A stretch of 64,000 nt of DNA, taken from assembly GCA_963760515.1 (NCBI GenBank), contig CAVXDL010000016.1, forward strand, positions 1,129 to 65,128, read 5' to 3'. This document shows positions 9,667 through 18,492 of this stretch, piece after piece (the first letter of the stretch is position 1; every line of letters begins with the position of its first letter). The notes under the pieces are model-generated. The model saw only the letters and a program-made list of their open reading frames with translations. It searched no databases and had not been told where the DNA came from. The stretch is from an uncultured Actinomycetota bacterium (lineage in GTDB: Bacteria; Actinomycetota; Actinomycetes; Propionibacteriales; Nocardioidaceae). The position numbers and the translations under genes are program-made.

Positions 9667-11180
9667 TGGTGGCTACTCCGTAGGGCTGGAGGACGTGTCG
9701 GGCTGGGTGGTCGGCGTGGGAGCCGGCTCGGCCACCCGCACGTCGGGCGGCGTCGGGTCCTGGATGCCTGCGGCTGCCGGCTCGGTGGCCGGGCCGGTGC
9801 TGGGCCGGTCGCCGGGCCAGTCGCCGGGGACGTGCTCGGCCGCTTGCCTCGACCGCGACGGCTGCGTCCACCCTCGCGGCCACCGGTCTGCTGCTGACCG
9901 GGCTGCTGGCCCGGCTGCTGCTGGCCCGGCTGCTGGCCCGAGCGTCCGCCCTGGCGGCCGCCGGGCTGGTTGCCCTTGGCGCCGGTCTTGCCCGACTGCT
10001 TGCCCGACGGCTTGCCCGACTGGTTTCCGGTCGGCTTTCCGCCGTGCGCCTTGACCTCGGCTCCCTCGCCGAGGAACAGGTCGGCGCTGCCGGTGAACAG
10101 CGGGCCGGCCAGGGCCGAGGTGGGCAGCCACAGCTGCATGAACGCGTCGTCCTCGACCACGGGCACGGCCACGCGCACTGCGGTGGTGGTGACCTGGTGG
10201 TCGAACATCTCCAGCGCGAGCGGGTCGACGGCGCGCAGCGAGGCGCACACCTCGACGACGCTGCGGTCCTTGGCCGCGACCAGGCGCTGCACGAGCGCCT
10301 CACCGAGCGCGCTCGCCGGGCCACGACCGCGCGGGCGACCGCCGGCATCCAGCTGAGCCATGGCCGCCCCGACCGCGTCGAGGGCGGTCTCGAAGACCTC
10401 GGTCCAGCCGCCGGCGCGCAGTCCGACCTCGATCTCGCCGTCACCGCGACCGCCGTCACCGCGGCGGGGGGGCTCAGCGTGGCCGCGCCCACGGGCCGCC
10501 GGCGCGAAACGCAGCGGCACCGACAGCCAGGTCTTCTTGCCCTCACGAGGACGCGTCCCGAAGGAGACAGCGGTGGCGCGGCCGCCGCCCAGCACGACGG
10601 CGTCGGCGCGGGCGAGCTGGCTGCGGTCGAGACCGCTCACGTCGCCGGTGTGGGCCGAGCCGAGGAGCGCGTCGACGACCGCAGTGAGCGCAGGGGCGGT
10701 CTTCACGCCGTTCCAGAAGTCACCGCGGGCGCGCTCGGGCACCTTGTCGGCGCCGAGGGCCACCATCTTGAGCGGGTCGCGACCGGTCACGCCCATGCGC
10801 CGCAGGCCTTCACGCAGCGGGTCGACCGCGGCCGGGACGCCGGCGTTCACGGCCTCGACGATGCCGAGCTGGAAGGCCTGGCCGGCGAGACCGACGTGCG
10901 GCCGGAACCACGCCACGAGCTGGCCCAGGGTCACCTGGTCGAGCTCGGCGGGGAGCGGGTTGCGCTCGTGGGGAGTCGCGGCTGCCTGCTCGAGGCGGGA
11001 GCGGAGGATCGCGGCGACCGCGAGGCGGGTCACCTGCTGGGTGACCCAGGTGCGCGGAGTCGTCGTCCACTCCTCCGAGCTGCGCGCAGCGAAGGCCGCG
11101 ACCTGCTTCTCCGAGGGCCGCGGGGGCACGTCGAGCCGCACCGCGGGCAGGATCATCTCGCGCGACACCGACTCAGCCAT
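9618..11180 (-). CDS. hypothetical protein: ~390-aa unrecognised domain plus a Gly/Lys/Gln/Arg low-complexity tail; the C-terminal frame is uncertain
   Basis: ORF 9618..11180 has an ATG with a GGCGGAG RBS. The tail reads GKPTGNQSGKPSGKQSGKTGAKGNQPGGRQGGRSGQQPGQQQPGQQPGQQQTGGREGGRSRRGRGK. After about 9843 the best-GC3 frame is that of ORF 9673..10248 (AAEHVPGDWPGD...PDTSSSPTE, stop 9673). That points to a 1-nt frame break and a true end at 9673. Confidence 0.6.
   Translation of the reverse strand: MAESVSREMILPAVRLDVPPRPSEKQVAAFAARSSEEWTTTPRTWVTQQVTRLAVAAILRSRLEQAAATPHERNPLPAELDQVTLGQLVAWFRPHVGLAGQAFQLGIVEAVNAGVPAAVDPLREGLRRMGVTGRDPLKMVALGADKVPERARGDFWNGVKTAPALTAVVDALLGSAHTGDVSGLDRSQLARADAVVLGGGRATAVSFGTRPREGKKTWLSVPLRFAPAARGRGHAEPPRRGDGGRGDGEIEVGLRAGGWTEVFETALDAVGAAMAQLDAGGRPRGRGPASALGEALVQRLVAAKDRSVVEVCASLRAVDPLALEMFDHQVTTTAVRVAVPVVEDDAFMQLWLPTSALAGPLFTGSADLFLGEGAEVKAHGGKPTGNQSGKPSGKQSGKTGAKGNQPGGRQGGRSGQQPGQQQPGQQPGQQQTGGREGGRSRRGRGKRPSTSPATGPATGPAPARPPSRQPQASRTRRRPTCGWPSRLPRRPPSPTRPPALRSSHHYMWVPPSTRISVPVM
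9987..10022. repeat. 3 x 12-bp in-frame tandem repeat (CTTGCCCGAC[T/G]G) inside the low-complexity tail
   Basis: Read directly; it encodes SGK(P/Q) repeats on the minus strand. Adjacent CTGCTGGCCCGG-type repeats at about 9889-9945 encode QQPG. Confidence 0.85.
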
Positions 11181-11264
11181 TTGCTCCGCCCTCGCTCACT
11201 CTCGCAACCGCGGTGAGCGTACGCCGAGCACCCATCCCCCTCGGGGCGAGGGGTCACCCGTGGG

Positions 11265-12224
11265 TCACACCGTGGAGGTGGGCTCCGGCGCGGCGGTCGG
11301 GACCCGCGATCGCCACCAGGTCGACAGCACCAGACCCGTGGCGACGTCCCACATGCCCCACAGGGCTGCCACGAAGACCACGCCACCCAGGTCGGCGAAG
11401 AAGCCGAGGGCGAGCACGAGCGCGAGCCCGGTGTTGCGGACCCCGAGCTCGAAGGTCATCGCGCGGGTGCCGGGCTCCCCGAGCCGGCAGGCGCGGCCGG
11501 CGCCGTAGCCGGCGCCCAGGGCCAACAGGTTCTGCAGCACGATCGGCACGACGACCACGCCGACGTAGTCGACGAAGTGGCCGAACTGGCTGGCCAGGCC
11601 ACCGACCACGATGAGCAGCAGCAGGACCAGCGCTCCCGGCTCGACGAAGGGGCGGGCCTTGGCAGCAAAGCCCGGGGCGCGCCACGCCACGAAGAGCCCG
11701 GCCGCGAACGGCAGCCCGATCAGCACCGCCACCTCGCCCACGAGGTCCCACGGTTGGAGCTCGACGTCGCGCAGCAGGGCGTTGGCGGCCGGGTTGAGGC
11801 CGCTCCAGAACGCCAGCGCGACCGGCGTGACCACGACGGCCAGGATGTTGGAGACACCGGTCAGCGAGATCGAGAGCGCGACGTCGCCGCGGGCGCGGTG
11901 GGTGAGGATGTTGGAGAGGTTGCCGGCCGGGCAGCAGGCCACCAGCAACATCCCGATCGCCACCGAGCCGCGCACGTCGAGGGCCAGCGTCACCGCGAGC
12001 GTGAGGGCCGGCGCGACGACGTACTGGGTCACCAGACCGACCCCGATGACCCACGGGCGCCGGACGACGTCGCGGAAGTCGGCGAGCCGGGTGTCGAGCG
12101 CGATGCCGAAGAGGAAGCCCGCCACCACGATCTTGACGACCAGCTGGAAGCCGTCGCTGAGGTCGACCTGCAGGCGGTCGATGTCGGTCACCAAGGGGGC
12201 GAGCGCGACCGACGGTGCGATCAC
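11265..12224 (-). CDS. bile acid:sodium symporter (BASS) family transporter
   Basis: ORF 11265..12401 encodes a polytopic membrane protein with ...LLVACCPAGNLSNILT... and ...FELGVRNTGLALVLA..., typical of BASS. The GTG at 12224 precedes the first helix. Confidence 0.8.
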   Translation of the reverse strand: MIAPSVALAPLVTDIDRLQVDLSDGFQLVVKIVVAGFLFGIALDTRLADFRDVVRRPWVIGVGLVTQYVVAPALTLAVTLALDVRGSVAIGMLLVACCPAGNLSNILTHRARGDVALSISLTGVSNILAVVVTPVALAFWSGLNPAANALLRDVELQPWDLVGEVAVLIGLPFAAGLFVAWRAPGFAAKARPFVEPGALVLLLLIVVGGLASQFGHFVDYVGVVVVPIVLQNLLALGAGYGAGRACRLGEPGTRAMTFELGVRNTGLALVLALGFFADLGGVVFVAALWGMWDVATGLVLSTWWRSRVPTAAPEPTSTV

Positions 12225-12322
12225 TCGCGCTCCTCGGGGGTGGGTGGTGGGGTCATCTTCGCCGGGCCGGGTGGTGCGGGGCAAGGGACGCGGCCGCGCC
12301 CGTGGGCCTCGACCCGGTGCGT

Positions 12323-13096
12323 TCAGCTGCGCAGGTAGGAGCCACCGTTGACGTCGATGATCGTGCCGGTGGAGAACCGCGCCTGCGGCGAGGCGAGCCA
12401 CAGCACCGCTGCGGCGACCTCCTCGGGGTGCGCCACCCGCCCGTACGGCGACTGCGCGCGGACCGCGTCACCGCCGGGCCCGTCGAGCACCTCGCGGGCC
12501 ATCTCGGTCTGCACGAACCCGGGCGCCACGGTGCCCACCGAGATGTCGTGCGGGGCCAGGACGAGCGCCATCGACTGGCCGAACGCGTTGAGCCCCGCCT
12601 TGGAGGCGGCGTACGCCGGACAGTTGGGCTCGCCGCGGAAGGCACCGCGGCTCGACACGTTGACCACCGCTCCCCCGCCGGCGGCGCGCAGGTGGGGGAT
12701 CGCCGAGAACGTCGCGTTGGCGGCACCGGTGAGGTTGGTGGCCAGGGTCTGCGACCACGCGGCCTGCCACTGGTCGTAGTCGGTCTCCAGCGGCGGGTGG
12801 GCCAGGAAGACCCCCGCGTTGTTGACCAGCACGTCGAGGCGCCCGAGTCGGTCGGCTGCGGTGTCGACGGCTGCACGGACCGCGTCGGCATCGGCGAGGT
12901 CGGCCTGCACGCTGACGTGGCCCTCGCCGGGCAGCGAGTCACAGACCTGCTGCGCCGCGGCCGCCGAGCTCCCGTAGTGCACGGCGACGCGATCGCCCTG
13001 GTCGGCGAAGGCACGGGCGATGGCGGCGCCGATGCCGCGGGAGCCGCCGGTGACGAGGACGGCGCGGGAGGTCGGGTCAGCTGACATGACGCCCAT
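12323..13096 (-). CDS. SDR family oxidoreductase (FabG-like)
   Basis: VLVTGGSRGIGAAIA, NNAG and YAASKAG motifs. An alternative ATG lies at 13087. Confidence 0.9.
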   Translation of the reverse strand: MGVMSADPTSRAVLVTGGSRGIGAAIARAFADQGDRVAVHYGSSAAAAQQVCDSLPGEGHVSVQADLADADAVRAAVDTAADRLGRLDVLVNNAGVFLAHPPLETDYDQWQAAWSQTLATNLTGAANATFSAIPHLRAAGGGAVVNVSSRGAFRGEPNCPAYAASKAGLNAFGQSMALVLAPHDISVGTVAPGFVQTEMAREVLDGPGGDAVRAQSPYGRVAHPEEVAAAVLWLASPQARFSTGTIIDVNGGSYLRS

Positions 13097-13167
13097 CCTC
13101 TCCCCTGCGCCCTCCGCCCGAGCGCTGGCGCCCTGACCTGGCTTGGGTCGCGTGCTTGGGTGGAGCC

Positions 13168-14100
13168 ATGACGGACTCCCCTGCAGCCTCTGCCTCCGAC
13201 ACTGCTCCTGTCGTCGTCGTCACGGGCGCCAACGGCCTGGTCGGCTCACGCACCTGCGCGGCCCTGGTCGAGCGCGGCGCGCGCGTGCGCGCCGTCGTAC
13301 GCCGGGCCGGCACGGCGCCGGTGCTGGAGGGCGTGGAGGAGCGAGTCGGGGAGTTCCACCACGCCGGGTTCGCCGCCGAGGTGACCAAGGGCGCCACCGC
13401 GGTCATCACCACCGTGCACCCGATGGGCAGCTCGCGCGAGACGCAGCAGGAGATCGGTGTGGAGGGCACGCCCGTCCTGGCCCGCGCCGCCCGCGATGCC
13501 GGGGTGGAGCGCCTCGTGCACGTCTCGACCGCGGCGGTCTACGACCGCTCCCCCGGAGCCGGTGACGTCGACGAGTCGAGCGCGCTGGTCGATGACGACG
13601 GCGGTGCCTACCCGGTGACCAAGCGCGACACCGATGCCGCGCTCGCTGCGGTCGGCGGGCTGACCACGATCCTGCTCCGCCCGCCGGCGATCCTCGGCGC
13701 AGGTGACAGCTCGATCTGGAACACCCTGCGCCCCGCGGCCATCCGCGACGACGAGTCCGCCCGGCACGCGGTGCCCGACCAGACCTTCGCGTGGGTGCAC
13801 GTCGACGACCTCGCCGCCTTCGCCGCCGACTTGACCACCGGCCGCATCGCCTCGTCGTCCGACCCGGCCACCGGGCCGGTCGCCGGCAGCACCACCGCCG
13901 TCAACGTCGCCGGCGGCCCGGCCACCGTGCGCGACTACTACGCCACCGTCACCGGCGCCCTCGGCATCGAGCCGATCTGGGACGACGAACCCGCCTGGAC
14001 CGGCCAGATCAGCGCCGCCCGCGCCCACGCCTGGGGTTGGACGCCCCGCGTCGACCTCGCGGCGGCCCTGGCTGAGATCGACGCCGGGCTGCGGGGCTAG
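13168..14100 (+). CDS. NAD-dependent epimerase/dehydratase family protein
   Basis: VVVVTGANGLVGSRTCAAL Rossmann motif. The ATG at 13168 is preceded by GGTGGAG. The stop overlaps the Nudix stop as CTAG. Confidence 0.85.
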   Translation: MTDSPAASASDTAPVVVVTGANGLVGSRTCAALVERGARVRAVVRRAGTAPVLEGVEERVGEFHHAGFAAEVTKGATAVITTVHPMGSSRETQQEIGVEGTPVLARAARDAGVERLVHVSTAAVYDRSPGAGDVDESSALVDDDGGAYPVTKRDTDAALAAVGGLTTILLRPPAILGAGDSSIWNTLRPAAIRDDESARHAVPDQTFAWVHVDDLAAFAADLTTGRIASSSDPATGPVAGSTTAVNVAGGPATVRDYYATVTGALGIEPIWDDEPAWTGQISAARAHAWGWTPRVDLAAALAEIDAGLRG

Positions 14101-14495
14101 TGAGCGTCCAACACCGCTCCTAGCAGCTGCTGCGTCGTCTCGGTGAGGTCGAGGCTCGCCGCAGCGCGCGGATCGACGAAGACGATCTGACGGCCTTCGC
14201 CGCACACGATGTCGGCGTCCGTGGCGGTGGTCCGGGCGGTGAACAGGTCGACGATGTCGCGCCCGTGGAAGGTGCACGTCAGGTCGTGCCGACCCAGCCA
14301 GACGAGGTCGTCGCGCACCAACCCGGTCTCTTCCTCGAGCTCACGGCGAGCAGCTGCGGCCGGCGTCTCGCCGGCTTCCACGCCACCGCCGACCAGACCC
14401 CAGGTGTTGGGCTCGACCGGAGCGTGCTCGTCGCGCTCCTGAAGGAGGATCCAGCCACGCTCATCGACGAGGCCCACCAGGACGACTGTCTGCAT
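14097..14495 (-). CDS. NUDIX hydrolase
   Basis: Nudix box GGGVEAGETPAAAARRELEEETGL. Confidence 0.9.
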   Translation of the reverse strand: MQTVVLVGLVDERGWILLQERDEHAPVEPNTWGLVGGGVEAGETPAAAARRELEEETGLVRDDLVWLGRHDLTCTFHGRDIVDLFTARTTATDADIVCGEGRQIVFVDPRAAASLDLTETTQQLLGAVLDAH

Positions 14496-14504
14496 CGGCG
14501 CAGC

Positions 14505-15724
14505 CTAGGTGCGGAGGGGGTAGTTCTCACCGGTGGCGTGGGCCTGGTGATGGTGGAAGGGACACAGGAGCGAGGCGTCCCTGGTGTTGGTGGCGCCCCC
14601 CTGGCTCCAGGGGGTGTTGTGGTGGGTATGGCAGAACGCTCCGGGGGTGTCGCAGGTGGGGTGCTGGCAGGTCTGCTGCTCGATCGCCAGGACCAAGCGC
14701 TGCGGACCGGTGTGGAGCCGCCTTCCCCTGCCGAGGTCGAGGACGTGAGACTTCCCGTCCATGACCGCGGGCAAGATCTTCGCCTCGCACGCCCAGCTGC
14801 GGAGCTGCCCGGGGGAGATCGCGTGGCCGGTGTCGAGGTGGGCCGCCTTGTGCGCGCCGCTGGAGCGCGGAGACGTCGACGGTCACGATGATCGGTGGCG
14901 TTGATGCCGCCCATGGAGGGGAGCAGGTCGGCGGGGTAGCGCTCGACGTACTCGCAGAACGCCTTGCCGAGCTTCTCCGGGGTCGGCTTCTCGTAGTCAT
15001 ACGACCCGGCACCCTCGGTCGCGCGCACGTGCTTCGGGGCAGCCAATGCTTGCAGGGCTTTGCGCAGCATCTCGGCCTGCGCGGTCGGCATCGTGAACCG
15101 GCCATGGGAGAGGCCTTCGCCGTCGTCGTAGAGCCGGAACTGGGTCTTCTTCCGTGCTTTGGCTTCCTGCTTCTCGAGCAGCTTCGCCTCGTGCTCATCG
15201 GCCTTGTCGGGGTCGACGGTCTCCAGGATCCGGCGGCCGAGCTCGGCGAGCTTGTGGGCGTCGAAGTGCGCTGCTTCCTTGATCAGGTGCGCTTCGGCTG
15301 CGTCACGGTGCACCGTGTTGTCGAGGGCGTCGACGGCCTTGGTGATGACGACGGCCTGCTGCGGCAGGACAGCCCCTCGGGTCATCGCCTCGCGGGTCTG
15401 GTCATGGGCGACCAGCTGCTTGGCCAGGCGGGTCCGGCGCTCGGCTTCGGTGCGGGTCAGGCGGGTCGTCATCGCGAGCCAGACCCCGATGGACTTCGCA
15501 CCGGCTGCGCCGTGGAGGTCGAGGGTCTCGGCCTGGGTCATCGCACGCGCTTCGACCTCTGCCAAGCGCGCCAGGTCTGCTTCGAGGCGGGTGACGACCT
15601 CGGTGGTCTCCGTGGTGGTGAGCGACCAGGCGGGGGTCTGAGCGATCTCGTCAAGGCCCTTCGAGAGGACGTCGAGGAACCGCAGGATCGGGTGACCCTG
15701 GGTGTCGTCGAGGTGCTTGGCCAT
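14505..15724 (-). pseudogene. DUF222/HNH endonuclease (13E12-repeat type) with two frame breaks
   Basis: Frame A (ORF 14279..15796, from ATG 15724) reads the DUF222 region up to ...LLPSMGGINAT. Frame B then reads IIVTVDVSAL. Frame C (ORF 14505..14774 and upstream) reads SGAHKAAHLDTGHAISPGQLRSWACEAKILPAVMDGKSHVLDLGRGRRLHTGPQRLVLAIEQQTCQHPTCDTPGAFCHTHHNTPW (HNH). The breaks lie at about 14893-14895 and 14862-14863. Confidence 0.8.
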
Positions 15725-15895
15725 GGGTCTACTCAAGCACCGACCACCGACAGTCCGGGACCGTGATTTCCGCTCAACCATGGGGGTTGTGGACAACTTC
15801 CTGGGCGCACTGGTTGTGGATGATTCGTGGGTAGCGAACAGGGCTGCTTGTCGGCCTGCGGCGGTTTCGTCTCGCCCTCGCCCAGGGGCTCGGAC

Positions 15896-15932
15896 GGCTC
15901 AACCTCCGGTGCCATCACCCGGAGGTTGAGCC
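15896..15932. repeat. perfect 14-bp-stem inverted repeat (9-nt loop) in non-coding DNA
   Basis: GGCTCAACCTCCGG tgccatcac CCGGAGGTTGAGCC. Confidence 0.9.
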
Positions 15933-16044
15933 CGAGACGGAACCGGTGAGAAGCAGCCCGACGGGAGAAGGTCGGCCTGCGCGCGCCGCCCGGCAAAGTA
16001 AAACCAGGCCGGTATGACTAGTGACAAGCCGCCCCCTCAGGCGG

Positions 16045-18486
16045 ATGCTGCGGGTAGTGGCTGTCCTTGGGAGGGGGTACGCCGTGATCGCTGTTCTTGC
16101 ACGCGCGGTGGCCGGATCGTTGCTGGTAGCACTGCTGGCCGCCGGCAGCGCCGGCCGAGGCCCAGGCCCCCGGGGATCCGCGCGCCACGTGCTTCGCCGC
16201 CGAGCGGCTGACCCGCACCGGTTATCCGCAGGCTGCGGTCGACCGTATCCGCGAGGACACCCTCAAGCTCATGCAGAGTGGGCAAGCGCCCGACGGCATC
16301 CTGTGCCCCGCCAAGCTCGCTGACGCCAGAGCGCGGATCAAGCGCGCCCAGGCTGTCGCTCTGCAAGCGCGCGACTACATGGACGGCCGGCCAACGAAGT
16401 CACGGCCGTCGACCAACCCGATCGACGACCCCGAGAAGGCAGCGGTCTACCTGAAGCTGGCGCTCGCCATCAACGCCGAGAACGCTCTCGCGAACCGGCT
16501 GGCCGACGAGCCGGAGACCGCACCGCTGGTCACGCCGACCGACGCCGAGACCGCAGCCAAGACCTGGCAGACCACCTGGAAGCGGTACCTCGATCCGGCG
16601 AGCACCGTCCTCGTGCCGCTCCTGCTGGTGCTCATCGCGCTCTTCGTGCTGGCCCGCCTGGCCACCCGTATCCGATGGCTGGTGCCGCGCAGCCGGGTGT
16701 CCTCCTCGCGACCGATCCTCGGGTGGTCGGCAGCGGTGCTGGGTCTGGGCACGGCGGTGCAGGTCGTGTCGTGGTCGGACCCGGTCTGGGAGCTCGACCT
16801 CCCGCACGTCCTCGTGGTGGCGATCGGCGCCCTGCTGACCATCGGACTCGGCGCGCACCTGGCTCGCTGGTCGCCTCCGCATCCTCATCACCTGCCACGA
16901 CGCCGCAGGTGGCGACGACGATGCGTCGACCGGACGCCTGGTGGCCCTCGTGACGCGAGCTCGGCGGTGACGACCCCAGCGGCGTCGAGCTGCCTCGGGG
17001 CACCGACGTCACCGCGCTGTCCGGCACGCCGCTGCAGAGCACGCCGGAGGGTCGGGTTGCCAAGCTGGTCGCGCAGCTCGCGGTCATCGCGCTGGGCGCA
17101 GCACCGTGGAAGGTCCTGGTGGAGAAAGTGGACGACGAAGCTCTGGCGGTCACCGTCGCCCGCAACGGCGTCAGCCGCCGCTCGGTGCTGGTCAGCAAGC
17201 CGCTCCTGGGGCTCACGCCCGCGCCGGCCAAGACCGCGGCGGGCGGCAAGATGGGCGGCCGGCTGACCCGGCATCCGGTGTCGATCTCTACCGCGTCGCT
17301 GCCGCAATCGTGGTGACCGAGCTCGCCCGTCGCCACCGAGGGTTCGAGGAGCTCGGCGAGGACCCGGACTGGCAGAGCGTGGGCCTGCAGTTCGTGGCGA
17401 CGACCGATCTGGCCCGATGATCCAGACCGAGCAGCGCTGTGCTGGCGGCTCGCCGTCGGCTTGGACGACGGCAACAAGAACGCCTACCTCTCTTATCTCT
17501 ATTCCTGGAACGTCGAGCGGAGGCCGCAGGAGCTCCGTGCCTACGCTGACTCGCTGACGTCGTTCCTCGGCCAGCTCGAGCAGGGCCGCTATCAACAGCT
17601 ACGTCGCCGAGCACTGCACACGAGGCTGGCGTGCGAGATCAATCTCTACTACGCGACGTCGGACTCAGCGGTTCGGGACGGCCGGGCGGTGACGCGATTG
17701 TGCGACGCAGCCAGGGAGCTGCGCGACTTCCACCTCGAGGGACCGGCCCGCGACCAGCGGCTGACGCGGGTGAGCCAACCGGCTGCCGCAGCGCTGCTCC
17801 TCTGGGCTCACCACACGGTCTGCGCCGATCTGCTGTGCCAAGCCAACTACCAGCTGGTGCTCAGCTGGCTCGGTCGGGCTTCGGGTCCGACCGCGAACTA
17901 TCAGGCCGGCTGCTACTTCGCGACCGCAGCGCTCGACACGACGACTCGCAGCACCGCCGCCGTTACTTATCTGCGACGCGCCGTCACCGACCCGGACCTG
18001 GCGGACTGGATCACCAAGGACCCCCAGCTCAAGGAGGTGCTCGGCACGAGCCTTATCGCGGCTACTTCCGCGACGACCCTGCCAACGACCTGTTCACGCT
18101 GGCTCCTTTCGCCCCGCTGAACGCCCGGCTTGAATCGGCTGGGGATCGCCTCCGCCGAGGACCTGGCCGCCTACACCCCCGACGAGCTCTGCCGGGAGCT
18201 GAGCGCATCGCCACGCATCTGCACTCGGCTCGTCCGGCTCGCCGAGGCGGCGACGTATCCGCTCGGCGGTGCGGACGACGCCTACCGCGTCGAGATGTGC
18301 CGCGAGGTCGCGTCAGACACCGAGCTCCCGCCGATCAGCCTGACCGGGAGAGCCCTCCGAGCGAAGGCCGAGGGCGTACACGCAGCGATCGACAAGCGCT
18401 GCACCGGCGCTCCGAGCGTGGAGGGTGTGATGCGCTGGCTCACCCAGCAGGGACCAGGGGAAGAGCCGGAGCCCACGCCACGTTGA
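16045..18486 (+). pseudogene. unrecognised large membrane/helical/HhH-like gene, readable only across about 7 frame changes (decayed gene or poor consensus)
   Basis: Contiguous high-GC3 segments lie in alternating frames. They are 16045-16155, ~16142-16870 (within ORF 16271..17266), ~16863-16967, 16954-17313 (ORF 17119..17316), ~17270-17417 (ORF 17106..17420), ~17413-18117 (ORF 17461..18120), ~18045-18140 (inside ORF 17631..19550) and 18130-18483 (ORF 18130..18486). Out-of-frame continuations are Arg/Pro-rich junk. Confidence 0.5.
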
Positions 18487-18492
18487 GCCGTC

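Noticed and set aside
16014-16366. Short overlapping ORFs 16014..16211, 16018..16218 and 16037..16366 as independent genes
   Set aside because: They show poor GC3 or Arg/Pro-rich translations. Only the frame-hopping path described for the 16-18.5 kb locus looks protein-like.
14279-18486. Prophage, IS or integrative element
   Set aside because: There is no integrase, transposase, terminal inverted repeats or tRNA target. Only a broken HNH gene and an unclassifiable decayed locus are present, so no mobile element is called.
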